Below, in pieces: positions 50,230 to 63,679 of a stretch of DNA of 64,000 nucleotides (its first letter is position 1; every line of letters begins with the position of its first letter). The notes beneath the pieces were generated by a model. It saw only the letters and a program-made list of their open reading frames with translations, was not told the DNA's origin and made no database searches. Origin of the DNA: Podarcis gaigeae (Eukaryota); NCBI GenBank assembly GCA_964106915.2, contig OZ066925.1; one strand, written 5' to 3'. A program made the translations under genes and the position numbers.

Positions 50230-51275
50230 TGCATATAAAAGTCTCATCCCTGTGATCATATCTTGAAACAAACTTTCATAGTCCTTTTCTATTTGTATAT
50301 TCATATGCCCAAGCAGGGAGAGTTATTCTTTCAGTTCAAGGTTAATCTTCAAAATTCTCCATGTCAGTGTATGTATTTGTATCCAGTATTTTTTTTTTTG
50401 CCTTTTTTTACATATCCACCAAGCATGTCCCTTCATGTTATTTACATTTCCAACAAGTATTCAGACTATTTTTTGTACATTATAAATAATTTCTCAGGAG
50501 TTAAATACCAACAGTACATAATTTTATTTAAAAAATTCTTTTAAGTCATTACACAGTGTATATTTTAACCTTTTAGTCCACATATGTTCCCATTGTTCCA
50601 TTTGTACATTATACCCAAAGCTTCTTGCCCATTTAATTATGCATTCTTTAACTTGTTCCTGTTGCATTTCACTTTTCAACAGTAATTTATACATTTTTGC
50701 AATAATATGTTCATTATCTGTACACAACTGTATTTCAAAATTTGTCTTTTTTTGTTCTATACCAAAAATCTTTTTGTCCAATTTAAATCTCTGTTAGTTG
50801 TAAATGAGTAAACCACTGGAGGCTGTAACCTCTTGTTAGTTGTTCCCTTGTTTTAATTTCACAGTCCCCTTGGCTCCACTCTAGTATTTCTTGATTAGTT
50901 AACCACCCTTGGCTCCACTCTAGTATTTCTTGATTAGTTAACCACCCTTGGCTCCACTCTAGTATTTCTTGATTAGTTAACCACCCTTGGCTCCACTCTA
51001 GTATTTCTTGATTAGTTAACCACCCTTGGCTCCACTCTAGTATTTCTTGATTAGTTAACCACCCTTGGCTCCACTCTAGTATTTCTTGATTAGTTAACCA
51101 CCCTTGGCTCCACTCTAGTATTTCTTGATTAGTTAACCACCCTTGGCTCCACTCTAGTATTTCTTGATTAGTTAACCACCCTTGGCTCCACTCTAGTATT
51201 TCTTGATTAGTTAACCATTTCTTGTTACCTATCATTTTTTTTCCATGAAATGCTTCTTGCATTGAAATCCATATA
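50230..51275 (-). mobile_element. Degenerate L1 ORF2 C-terminal fragment
   Basis: ORFs 50783-51262 and 50524-50781 (IAKMYKLLL...IKWA...WEHMW...LKE), then WYLTPEKL; frameshifts and stops. Confidence 0.8.
50867..51217. repeat. Perfect 39-bp minisatellite, 9 copies
   Basis: Unit cccttggctccactctagtatttcttgattagttaacca; translates on the minus strand as (WLTNQEILEWSQG)9. Confidence 0.95.
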
Positions 51276-52719
51276 TACTTGCTGTAATGTTAAAAAAAGA
51301 CACAGGGTGATAACCCAGTGTTAGTCATAGTGACATTGTAGATACAAAATAAGTCAGCAGACATGAGTTATTTTAGTCAATTAATTTCAGCGGGTCTGTT
51401 CTGATTATGACTTTGATATCACCCACAGTCTGTATATTTATTATTTAATAATAAAAGATCAAATGATGACACCACAGATGGAGCATCACCACAAATACAA
51501 TACATATCAATGGAGTCATTTCTCACACTCAGCTTCCAAAATGTGTGTTCAATATGTGTTAATGAAAAGACAATCAGAGATAATACTACAATAAGCTGTG
51601 TACAGATGACCAAAGAGATATGTGTATGTTGGGATTGCATCCACTGTTGTTGCTCCAGCATCTGTGCATTCTTCTGTGCAGAACTGACATGTATACTATT
51701 ACTAACAAAGGCCATTGAAGTGTCAGGGAAATAAGATATCAAGTAATGTAAATCACTTATAGATGAACCCTTCAGAGGCCCCGAGCTCAACCATATTAAA
51801 GCAATAATCCAATTGTGGTATTAATACACTCATGCAAAAGTAATCTGCTTTACCCAAGATCCTGTTAGTAGATAAGTTAATGACATTTGTAGAAGCCATA
51901 TTGTTGATGTCTGCTTAACACATGCTAATATAGAAGTGGAATGAACTTCTGGTGGTATTCTATTAGTATGACACAGTGTATTTTTAAAAATAAAAAACCT
52001 AACTGGGGCACTATCAACTCCAAGTCAACCCCTTCTATGTGCTAGTGGGATGACAAACATTGTCATCTTTCTTCCATTGAAATCAATGGGGCTTATCAGC
52101 CCATGCTCGGCAAACATAACATCCACAATAGCAACTTTAATAATTCCAAACAGATATTTACTTTATAAATCCTTCTCTTACTCTACCAAGTGCATTCTTA
52201 TTTAGTACAATGTGCATTTCTCTGTCCCTACTTAGCATGAATTCTGTGAGCAAAATACATTGTCCACTTCCTTGTCCATTGCCAGTGTTAAAATAAGAAT
52301 GTTCAGGAGACTCTCCACCTTGATTACCTGTTATACAAGTGTTTTGCTCAATGAGCCTCCACAGCTGCGTACATAAACACTGTGTGCCAGGGCTGTGAGT
52401 GCCCCCACAGAGGCAGCCATGTACACACCACACGGGCATGGGTGTGCTTATGTCATCACACTGCCACTACACACATGACTGGTGTCAGCACACCAGTGGG
52501 CATGCTGACATAGTGCACCCCCCCCCAGCATGCCCACACATCCTGGGGATGGCGTATGGCCCTGGGCACCCATGTTCATGGGGGTAAGCTGGCACCACTG
52601 CTGTGTGGTCTCTGCTTCATCAAGAGCTCTGACTGCAGGGGACTTCCAGGAAGGAAAATGGTGGACTAGTCATCAACTGCTGGCATTCCTGTCGACAGAG
52701 ATAATTATGTAGTAATTGA

Positions 52720-54473
52720 AGGTGATGTCTTTTGATATAAGGGAGTTCAGGGATAAGCCTCACATGCTTAAAAGAAGACATTCGTCATCCTGGAGACAAA
52801 AGTTTTTTTGGGGTGGAGGATTGTCTCGAGGAGGAACATTCACCGGGCCCACACACTGCATAATAGTCCTTAAGTAAGGACCCCAGGACAGCAAAACCTC
52901 ATTCTTTTATCTATTTCTAAGGCTGGAAGCAAATAATTAGCAGCCAGAAATCTAAAGGACTAGTTTGGAAGCAAAAAAGCACAAATTAACAGGGTAAGAA
53001 GTAAACCAAAAAGCTTAACTTAAATTCTGGCAACTTTGAAAGAATACAACTGATAAGATAGCTCTAAATCAGTTTTAAATCTTCACTTTATACTGCTGGT
53101 AAATCTCCGCCTTGTATGTCCTGTGTTAGCTATGAAAACTAAAGTGAATCTTATATGCGTGAAATGAATGTGTTCTTAAATAAACAGGCACAAGTTCCTG
53201 GAAGCAGAGACTGCCAAGGGGAGATTAATAGAAGCTAATCTGACAAAGACAACACTGAGTGTCTCATTGGTCATTGGTATCATGTGATCGCTGCTAGATG
53301 AACAGCTGACAGAATTAAGAGCATAGAAAGTTAAAAGAGATTAGATCAGAGATAGATCAGACTAAAAAATACACAGGATCTGTGGAAAAAAGATGTGGAT
53401 TCTCTTCTGCTAGAACATGAGAGTAAAGGTGGGTGCAAAATGTATAACAGCAGACAACTGTCTAGAGGATGGAAACAGACAAAGGACTGTGTTGTGATGC
53501 TGGAAGAGATGAATGGATTTATGAACAAAGACATTAAGAGACAACTGGAGATAGCAGAGATTGACCTTGTGTACAGTTTGAAGTGAACACAGAAAGAAGA
53601 AGCCTCCCAACTCTTGGTGATGGGATTGGAAAAAGAATGGAAGAAGAATCTTTCTTTTTCTCTTTAAACCAAGATGAAGTATGCCTAACAGTAAATGGGC
53701 CTGAAATATATGGAACTGACTACAAATTACTGAAGAAATAACAAGCAAATAAGTATGGACTATTACATTATTAAGACTTGTCAGAGCCCTTGGGGAGAAA
53801 TTTATCATATTAAACTGGAGGACTATTTTGGACATTTAATGAAAAAAATAATTGAAGACTCGTTTTTGAACTTTTTGAGTGGAAAAGGTGAATTTGAGAT
53901 GCCTGCGAGGGAAGACTGAGAAAATGAAACTTATTGAGAAACAGCTGGACAATGCAGCTAGATGTTATCCTGAGTGAAGACTTTGAAGACTTTGAATATT
54001 TTGAATAATTTTTCTTATACATATTTGGCAGACAGAGAATTGGAATCTCTTCTTTTTCTTTTCTTTTATCTTTCTATGATCGCTAATTCTTGTTTTCCTT
54101 CTGTTAATTCTATCAATATTTATGCTTTGCTTTTTAAAGTTCCCTCTTTTGGATTAATAAAGATACACACAGGATGGTGATGGACAGAAGATGAGGAGCA
54201 GGGAAGAGAGGCTCTCCCAGGGTTGGAGGCTGGGGGAAGAGGGGGAGCTCCCAGGTCAGAGTTGGGAGGGCTCATTCTTCTGTGTGTGGAATAAGGGTTA
54301 AGATTTAATTGTGATAGAGGGCTTCGTATTCACTTTCTCTTTCTTCCTTCTCTTTCTTCTTCATATTCTTATTCTTGCTTTTTTCTTATTTCTTTTCTCA
54401 ATATTAGTTTGGCTTTTATTGTATTTTATGTTGAAAACTTTTAATAAAGATTGATTTTTTTTTTAAAAAAAAA
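52720..54473 (+). mobile_element. L1-related, probably non-autonomous element
   Basis: A-rich sense strand, coiled-coil-like ORF1 remnants (53395-53586), pyrimidine-rich 3'UTR, aataaa and poly(A) at ~54443-54473; boundaries uncertain. Confidence 0.45.
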
Positions 54474-54849
54474 GAGTTCTAAGACTGCAGAGCCACCAAA
54501 TAAAACAGGATGACTCCTTAGATGTCAGTTAAGATTCTGTTTTGTGCAATGCATTTCCATTTGCTAACTAGCTAAGCATCTTTGCCCTTTCATCTGCAGT
54601 TGCAGAGGCCATGAAAGCTCATCAGGCTAAGCAATCCTGGAATGGACAACCAAGAAGCAAAAGTCTCTTGGTTGGTGTGCCAAGAGATAGGCCTGTCTGT
54701 GAAAACTTTGAAGACTTTCACCTCTCCCAGCCTTAAAACCATCTAAGCTTTGGGATCATTGGCACATCTTTCTTCATCTGCCCTTAGCGTGGCATCAGCA
54801 GTCAGTATTTGTGGGCAGTTGCTGAAGGCTTACCTAGTTTCACAGTGCT

Positions 54850-55380
54850 GACATGCAAGACATGTCCAGAGTGCGGAATTACTATAACTCATTATTGTCA
54901 AAAGTGCACTTACAAGTTAGGGAAAAGCATGTCCATCAGTCCTACATCTCTCAGCTACTCCTAGGTGTGCACCCGATGAGGCAGTTGCAGCAACAGAGAG
55001 GCCCCACTCCAACCTCAGCTGATGTATCTCCCCCACCTGAGCTGCACACAAGACTACACCTGTGTACAACCTCTTTCTGCTGCTCCCTCTTCAATCCTCT
55101 TTTGGTCCTGGGAGACAGGAAAGCAGGAGAGCTGGGGGCAGGAGGAGTGGAAGCCCTTGACTCTACACCAGCCTGACCCATCTCTCTCTCCTTCCTTATG
55201 TCCCTGTTCTTCACTCTCCAAACCTACAGTTTCTCTTGCCTCTGACTCCCATCTCCCAGCTGTTACAGGTCCCCCCAAATCACTAATGCCTTCTTCCAAG
55301 CCTGTCCAACCCTGCTTCTCCTGCTGCCCTCTCACCAGTATCCAGACACCGCTCTTCAGCATCCAGCCAGGCCCTGACAC
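54850..55380 (-). mobile_element. Possible degenerate LTR
   Basis: Minus strand begins TGTCAGG and is purine/GC-rich; no TSD identified. Confidence 0.3.
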
Positions 55381-55617
55381 TCAGCTGCAACATTGGCAGG
55401 CTGACATTTAAACTTCTGACAAAGCTGCAGAGCCATGTTCCTCGGTACTGTGGGAAATCAAAATGGTTCCTTGCCCCTGCCACTATGAGGTAAGCCTGAA
55501 GACAGGGGTCCACCCGTGTAGGGGGGCCCTACCACAGAGCCAGTGTGACACAATGGTTAGTAGACTCTAGTAGCTGGAATGTTGTACTAGGACTGGGAGA
55601 TCAAGGTTCAAAGTTTA

Positions 55618-55850
55618 GGCTTATCCACACTTCCCTCCCCCCCCCCCGAGCTTTCCTTGCAAAACCCTTTAGTGCTCAATCGGAGCAAACGTCAGTTGGG
55701 TTTCTTGCACATTGCCATTTGCTCCAACTGAGCTGTAAAAAGCGGGTTTCATGAGGAAAGCTTGGGAACAGAAGAAATGGCTCTGGGACATACAGCTTTT
55801 AACTGTGCCTGAAAACAATGGAGGAAAGGTAAGTGTGGGCAAGCTCTGCT
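55618..55850. mobile_element. Palindromic MITE related to 47799-47938
   Basis: ggcttatccacactt ... aagtgtgggcaagc termini; internal inverted gctttcct/aggaaagc and ggagcaaa/tttgctcc. Confidence 0.5.
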
Positions 55851-57384
55851 CCACAGCCACAAAGTTAGACTGTTTGGGTGTCATCTGCAAATCAGAAGCA
55901 CTGCTTTATCAGGTTAGCTTTGCTGTGAAAAGGAAGACTGCTGCAGTCCATTTACAAATGTAGTAACTAGTGACAAAACCTCTACTTCTCTTTCTCTGGC
56001 TACATATAAAACCACCAGTTTTTCATTTCCTGGTATGCATCTCAGTAAGTGTGACCTGCGTTTTAAACTGGCCTTGATTCCCCATTAATCAGCATCCATT
56101 GCTGGAGGTCAAGTCACACAGAACACAATAATGGGCTCAAGTGCTTTTCTAAATATGATTGCTAACCAGTTCACCATAGATGTCAAAATAGTAAATACTC
56201 ATATAAATATGTGGGAGAAAAAGTTTAATAAATGTGAAGTGTTTGGAGATTAATATGAAAATACCTTCATAATGATGTTCCCTCACTGTCAACACTTGTC
56301 ACCCTGATTTTATTTATCTACCCCAGTGTAAGTGAAAATATAATTTTGAGAAATGCAAGTAGAGATAAATCTTTGAGACGAAGAAGCAAGAAATAATTAA
56401 TTAATTAATAAATAGTAAATTAATAACTACAAGTCACCATCCTCAGATGGACCTACTGAGCTGAGTGGAATGGTCACTGACTAATTACTATTCAAATAGC
56501 ATACAATAATTAAAGTGTGCAAATATGAACTGTAAATACTCCCAGAGCTCAGAATCTGCCTAAACACGGACTGGAATAGACTGATTTATGCATTTCTACA
56601 TGTCATGCATCATATTGTAGAATGTTTTTTCTATAAAAATGTATGTGTGGAGCCAAATAATCAAGCCAATATGTCACTTGATTATTTTTTTTAAGAGATG
56701 GGGAATCATATGACCACAGCTTTCTTTGAAACCAATGAGACTTCAAAGAGTTTTTCTTCAGCTAGATCATGCTTTTTTGTAGGCTTACACTTCATATTTT
56801 TATGTTTTTCCACTTTCTTGTATATTTCCCCGCATTTTTATGCTGTCAGTTGCCTACACTGAGATCTGTGGGAATTAAGACTTCAGTTTCCAATTGCAGA
56901 GTATGCGGAAGACAGCCCTGGGTGGTTTGACCCTTCCATTCTCTTTTTCCTCCTATAAAAACTACACAAGACACTCTCTGTTTAAAGCTTAAAGAACATA
57001 CAAAATTCATTTAGTGTACTTGCCGTTGCGGATTAAATATATACAGTATACAAATGCAGGTGGGTGTTTCTTTTAGTTGGTAAAACATCTTACATAGAAT
57101 AAACTGTTACAGACTAACATTCACAGACTGACTGATACTCTGAGGCAGACAGCAACACAACACAACTTGTATAACATGCTGCTGTACTAGTTAAGACTCA
57201 CAAGACGGTTAATAACCAAACCAACTTAAAATGATGGCCTCAGGTGTAGGACATCTCAGGCTTCTACAGCCTATTCAAACATAAACCTTTACATAGGCAT
57301 TTCGAATGCTAACATTCCACAAGATCCACAAAAGATATGATCAATAAAAAGTTCAGTGTATGTTTATGTGTAAATATATAAATG

Positions 57385-57862
57385 ACTTGGAGTACTGTAC
57401 CCAGTTCTGGACATCACAATTTAAGATGTTGACAAGCTGGAATGTTTGCAGAGGAGGGCAACTAAGATGACACAGGGTCTGAAATCCAAACCTTTGAGGG
57501 AGTTGGGTATGTTTTGCCTGGAGGAGATATGGAGGAGATATGAGAGCCATCCTTAAATATATCAAGGGCTGTCATGTGGAAGATGGAGGAAGCGTATTTT
57601 CTCCTGCTCTGGAGGGTAGGACTTGAAGCAATGGCTTCAAGTTACTAGGAAAGAGATTCTGACTAAACATCAGGAAGAACTTTCAGACAATAAGAGCTGT
57701 TCAACAGTGAAACTGTCTCCCCCCAAAGATAGTGGGTGCTCATTTGTTGGAGGTTTTTAAGCAGAGATTGGATGGCCACATTTCAGGGGTGCTTTAGTTA
57801 AGGTTATTGCATTGCAGGGAGTTGGACTTAATGATTCTTTGGGTCCCTACAATTCTATGAAT
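57385..57862 (+). mobile_element. CR1 3' fragment (degenerate ORF2 end + tail)
   Basis: gagtactgtacccagttctgg...gaggagggcaactaagatg...aaacatcaggaagaactt...ctacaattctatga. Confidence 0.85.
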
Positions 57863-57944
57863 CAAAGAGACCGTGGCAGGGATGGGATTTTTAAAAGTGA
57901 GAGGGCTTTGGACTTGGTTTTCTTACAGACAACAACAACAACAA

Positions 57945-59558
57945 CTTTTTATTTATACCCCGTCCATCAGGCTGGGTTTCCTCAGCCACTCTGGGTGGCT
58001 CCCAATAGAATACTAAAAACATAATAAACCTCAAACATTAAAGACTTCCCTAATCAGGGCTGTCTTCAAATGTTTTCTAAAAGTCAGGTAGTTGTTTATT
58101 TCCTTGACATCTGCTGGGAGGGCATTCCACAGGGCAGGCGCCACTACCGAGAAGACCCTCTGCCTGGTTCCCTGTAACCTCACTTCTTGCAGGGAGGGAA
58201 CCACCAGAAGGCCCTCGGAGCTGGACCTCAGTCTCCAGGCAGAAAGATGGGGGTGGAGACACTCCTTTAGGTATACTGGACCAAGGCTACTTAGGTCTTT
58301 AAAGGTCAGCACCAACACTTTGAATTGTGATCAGAAACGTACTGGGAGCCAATGTAGGTTTTCAGGACCGGTGTTATATGGTCTCGGCAGCCGCTCCCAG
58401 TCACCAGTCTAGCTGCCGCATTCTGGATTAGTTGTAGTTTCTAGATCACCTTCAAAGGCAGCCCCACATAGAGTGCACTGCAGTAGTCCAAGTGGGAGAT
58501 AACCAGAGCATGCACCACTCTGGCAAGACAGTTCGCGGGCAAATAGGGTCTCAGCCTGCATACCAGATGGAGCTGGTGGACAGCTGTTCTGGACACAGAA
58601 TTGACCTGCGCCTCCATGGACAGCTGTGAGTCCAGAATGATGCCCAGGTAGTGTACCTGGTGCTTCAGAGGCACAGTTACCCCATTCAGGACCAGGGAGT
58701 CCTCCACATCTGCCCGCTCCCTGTCCCCCAGAAACAGTACTTCTGTCTTGTCAGGATTCAACCTCAATCCATTAGACGCCATCCATCCTCCAACCGCCTC
58801 CAGGCACTCACACAGGACCTTCACAGCCTTCACTGGTTTTGATTTAAAAGAGAGGTAGAGCTGGGTATCTTCCGCATACTGATGAACACCCAGTCCAAAC
58901 CCCCTGATGATCTCTCCCAGCGGTTTCATATGGATGTTAAAAAGCATAGGAGAGAGGACGGAACCCTGAGGCACCCCACAAATGAAAGCCCAGGGGTCTG
59001 AACACCCATCCCCCAACACCACTTTCTGGACATGGCCCAGGAGGAAGGAGCAGAACCACTGTATAACAGTGCCCCCAGCTCCCAGCCCCTTTTGATGGTC
59101 CAGAAGGTCCACATTCTTGGAGGTAACAGATTGGAATCGATCCCATGCAACTTGACTAGACAAGACTCTAGCACTCTCCTGCCCTGGCCCTGCTCCCATG
59201 GTGGAGTTTACCTCCTTCCGAAACTAACTGACTTTATCTGCAAAAAATTTTTTCAAAATCATTGCAGGAGATCTTGGGGTCCTTACCCAATGGCACAGGT
59301 GGTTCCGTTAAATTATGAACCACCTGAAGAGTCTCCTGCTGCTGTTTTCTGCAGATGCAATAGAGGCAGTGAAGATGGTCCTCTTCGCCGTCACTATTGC
59401 CACTAGGTAGTATCAACATTGAGCTCTAACCTGTGTCCGGTCTGATTCAGAATGAGTCCGGCACTCTAGCTGTCTCAGCAATTGTTTCATCACCCTCAGC
59501 CCTGGAGAAAACAACAGGGCTGACTGGGCTCCATGCAATTGGAGATGGGGCTCTGGAG
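57945..59558 (-). mobile_element. L2 LINE, 3' part (RT domain, internally deleted, YADD changed to YAED)
   Basis: ORFs 58441-59199 ([45 protein letters not shown]) and 58031-58318 (FSVVAPALWNALP). Confidence 0.92.
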
Positions 59559-60689
59559 CGCTGGATTATGGAGAAAGCTAGAGAGTTCCAGAAAGACATC
59601 TACTTCTGCTTCATTGACTATGCAAAAGCCTTTGACTGTGTCGACCACAGCAAACTATGGCAAGTTCTTAAAGAAATGGGAGTGCCTGATCACCTCATCT
59701 GTCTCCTGAGAAATCTTTATGTGGGACAAGAAGCTACAGTTAGAACTGGATATGGAACAACTGATTGGTTCAAAATTGGGAAAGGAGTACGGCAAAGCTG
59801 TATATTGTCTCCCTGCTTATTTAACATATGCAGAATTCATCATGTGAAAGGCTGGGCTGGATGAATCCCTAGCCAGAATTAAGATTGCCGGAAGAAATAT
59901 CAACAACCTCAGATATGCAGATGACACAACCTTGATGGCAGAAAGTGAGGAGGAATTAAAGAACCTTTTAATGAGGGTGAAAGAGGAGAGTGCAATATGG
60001 TCTGAAGCTCAACATCAAAAAAATTAAGATCATGGCCACTGGTCCCATCACCTCCTGGCAAATAGAAGGGGAAGAAATGGAGGCAGTGAGAGATTTTACC
60101 TTCCTGGGCTCCATGATCACTGCAGATGGTGACAGCAGTCACGAAATTAAAAGACACCTGCTCCTTGGGAGAAAGGCGATGGCAAACCTAGACAGCATCT
60201 TAAAAAGCAGAGACATCACCTTGCCAACAAAGATCCTTATAGTTAAAGCCATGGTTTTCCCAGTAGTGATGTATGGAAGTGAGAGCTGGACCATAAAGAA
60301 GGCTGATCGCCGAAGAATTGATGCTTTTGAATTATGGTGCTGGAGGAGACTCTTGAGAGTCCCATGGACTGCAAGAAGATCAAACCTCTCCATTCTGAAG
60401 GAAATCAGCCCTGAGTGCTCACTGGGAGGACAGATCGTGAAGCTCCAATACTTTGGCCACCTCATGAGAAGAGAAGACTCCCTGGAAAAGACCCTGATGT
60501 TGTGAAAGATGGAGGGCACAAGGAGAAGGGGACGACAGAGGACGAGATGGTTGGACGGTGTTCTCGAAGCCACCAGCATGAGTTTGACCAAACTGCGGGA
60601 GGCAGTGGAAGACAGAAGTGCCTGGCGCGCTCTGGTCCATGGGGTCACGAAGAGTCGAACACGACTAAACGACTAAACAACAACAACAA
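59559..60689 (+). mobile_element. 5'-truncated BovB (RTE) LINE nested in L2
   Basis: WIMEKAREFQKDIYFCFIDYAKAFDCVDH...GVRQ, RYADDTT, MYGSESWT...DAFELWCWRRLLRVPWT; frameshifted; (CAA)n tail. Confidence 0.95.
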
Positions 60690-60710
60690 TTTGATAGGGC
60701 TATCAAATTG

Positions 60711-61110
60711 GTTAACTCCTCATTCCAGCCGGCCACCAAGGAATCAGCTGAAAGGCCATCAACATGGGATAACACATCTCTTACCACTCTCTGGAAACCA
60801 TTTGGATCCATTAAGTGGCAGGGGCAGACCATTTGAATCGGTCAGGAAGTGATGCGACCGTGGCACTTCTTTTGTTTCACTTTTACTTAGTGTCAGATCA
60901 CCCACATCTGTAGAGGTGAACACCAGGTCTAAGGCATATCCATGACTATGAGTTGGGCCAAACTTATTCAGGGACAGCCCCATGGAGGCCATGCTTTCCA
61001 CGAAGTCCCGAGCGGCCCCTTGTAAGGTCGTGTCAGCATGGATGTTAAAATCCCCTAGGACAACCAAACTAGATGTCACCAGAACATCTGCCATGACCTG
61101 AAGCAGCCAT
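60711..61110 (-). mobile_element. L2 LINE, 5' part (endonuclease region), continuation across the BovB insert
   Basis: ORF 60759-61094: LVVLGDFNIH...GPTHSHGYALDLVF...SHHF (APE domain motifs). Confidence 0.85.
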
Positions 61111-62258
61111 GTATTAATAAAGGAAATTCAGAACAAAACAAAAATTTGCTTGTCCTATGTCAGTTATTTTTTAAGTCCCCACCCCACTCCACCAGAAGCC
61201 TCTGCATCTTAATGCTACATGGGAGCTTCAAAATCAATATAGGGTGACTCTTTGCCTAAAGCACTTAAGTCACCAGGTTAGAGTGACATTTTCTGTGGAG
61301 ACTCAGAATTAGCCACCGAAAATCAATGGGAAGATCCCTTTCCATTTCAATAGGTTTGGAAAGCTGGATGCTGAATTCAAGAGGTTGAAATGCCATCATG
61401 TCTGTCAAAACTGGTGAATCCAGATTGATAGGGAAAAGTCTGCAGGAGACTGAGGGTGATACTAGCTAGAGGAGTGCGAAACTAAAGAATATGGGCAATG
61501 TTTAATACAGTGACTTTAATATGATTAGATAAAAATGCACACAAATGTAATTTCTCTTCCATTAAAGTTGGGGGAACACACTCTCAAAGCTAACTGCTGA
61601 AAAACTACATAGAGTGAATTTACACTATTTACAAAAAGATACAACAAACAGTTCTTCACTTCTGAAATAGTTCTTTTAAAAGGGCATTTATCAAGCACTT
61701 TCCCCTTGAATGCAAGCTTTCCTTTCATACATTGCCACTGGAGAGGGCTCAGTCTGGATCTGAACTCTGGTGGTGGTGGTGGGATTTATAGCACTTTGGA
61801 TCTCGGTCAAGGCTCCGAGACAAACAAATCTGCATTGGGGAAAAGCTCCCGTTCACTCAAATGGGAGCTTTATCTGATGCAAAATGCAAGCATCAAAGGC
61901 CCAATTCCAGACTGTACTGGGGATAAAGGGTGAAGGCCAAAGTTAAAGGATATGAAGGCCAACTGATTTTAATGAGAAATAAACGCTGACGTTTTGTTGC
62001 TGGGCCTCAACAAATTTGAACCTACAATAAGAAACTTCTGAATGTGATTTGAAAGCTTTTAGAAGCAACACAGAGTCAGAACATTAGCCTCTTTGGTTCA
62101 ATACAGTCTATACCAGTTGGCTGTGGAGTCCTACCTGGAAATGCCAAAGACTGAATCTGAGACCTTTCCCATGTGAAACTACAGCCCTACTTCAGTGCTG
62201 TGCTACTGCCTAGAATAAAAGAGCAAGATATGTAAGGTATCAAAAATACTGAACAGGG

Positions 62259-62549
62259 CAGTGGTTCCTAAACACCTCTCCCCAACTACTTGAAAATTGC
62301 TGAAGGTTTTGGCAAACCAATTAATTACATTCACAGTCTGTTTTAGCAATTGAAATGTGTCGTGCTAGATGCTGTATAATTCTTAATTGTATTTTTATTG
62401 TTTCTTTTATTTCTTTATTGTATTTTATTATATTACAATATGAATTATATGGAATCCGTATTGCGTGTTCTTCAGTGACATACTAAGGACCACCTGAATG
62501 GAGCTTGCAGATCACTGGTGGTCCACAGATCAAAGTTCAGGAACCTCTG
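62259..62549. mobile_element. hAT (Charlie-like) MITE
   Basis: Termini CAGTGGTTCCTAAAC / GTTCAGGAACCTCTG; 8-bp TSD gaacaggg (62251-58) / gaataggg (62550-57). Confidence 0.75.
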
Positions 62550-63679
62550 GAATAGGGCAGCCTTTGTGGGGCCATGATTCTGATGTAAGAGATCAGACCT
62601 TGAATCTGATATATGTCGGAAATGTCCTGTTTATCTTGCCTGCTGCATTTGAATTGTTTTGCTGTTGTGGGTAGAAAAGAAACTAAATCCTTTAGAAACT
62701 GATGGGGACATAACTGCTTGTCCTTTTGTTTTGAGGCAGAGACCTGTGCCTTCCACTCAGGCAAGGGATTCTTTGTGTAAAAGCCCCAAGAACTATGGAC
62801 ATGCAAATGAATTTGAAAGAAAGTAGGTACCAAAGAAATACAAATCCAATGTTTTCCCATATGCTTTACATACACAAGCTGTCAGATTGTACCAGTAGTC
62901 AGAAAGATCCGTGGTTTAGCTGACCTAGGGTCCTGACCTGCAGTGTGGGATCAGCAGAAGCACTTGACCTTCCCATGACTCGGGCGAAACCAGCTGGCAA
63001 ATGTGATTAGAAAGCAGATCCTAACTGGAAAAGAGAGGCTGTCTCAGTGCTAAGCCCTCAGAGGTAGATATTGCACAAAACCAAACTAAATTTAGAAACA
63101 GCATGCCAGTTGCTTGCAGCAAGATACAGCTGATGAATGATGTGTGAGGATGATTGATGGAAGCTTAATTACATTCTTGTCCTATCCATTGAGGAAATGT
63201 CCATTCAAGCCACCGTGTTGTTCACCTTATATAGAATTTGAACTTGACTTTGCCTTTTTTCGTTCCCTTGCTGTGATGGAAGTGACAGGTGGCACTGCTT
63301 CAAAAGAGAATGACTTACAGGAATTCATAAATAATGGAAATCAGTAATGGCAGGCTGCATCCCTCGTGATTCCATTTATTTATAGCCACTTTCATTGCCA
63401 ACATGTCTGAAAATCTCACAGTGACTGGTTGGATTTGTTAATTAGGTAGGGAACCAATACAGGAGATCAGAAAAACTGAGGTGAGGCATGGGAAGCCTAT
63501 CATGCTATTCTGTGTTCAGTCTGCATGGTTGGTGATCCATGAAGCCATACCTGCTGTGCATTGTGGTCTGCTCAGGGCTTGATATTCTCCTTGTTCTGGT
63601 GGTCCCAAGCAGGCAGCAAAAATGGGAGGTTTATTGCACTGTGTAGTTGGAGGAAGGGGTGATTTCAGATTGATAGGTC

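Noticed and set aside
50867-51217. CRISPR-like array or repeat-protein gene
   Set aside because: No spacers, eukaryotic context, and the unit derives from L1 ORF2.
51419-51790. Cys-rich ORFs on both strands
   Set aside because: No recognisable domain, splice context or similarity; treated as chance ORFs.
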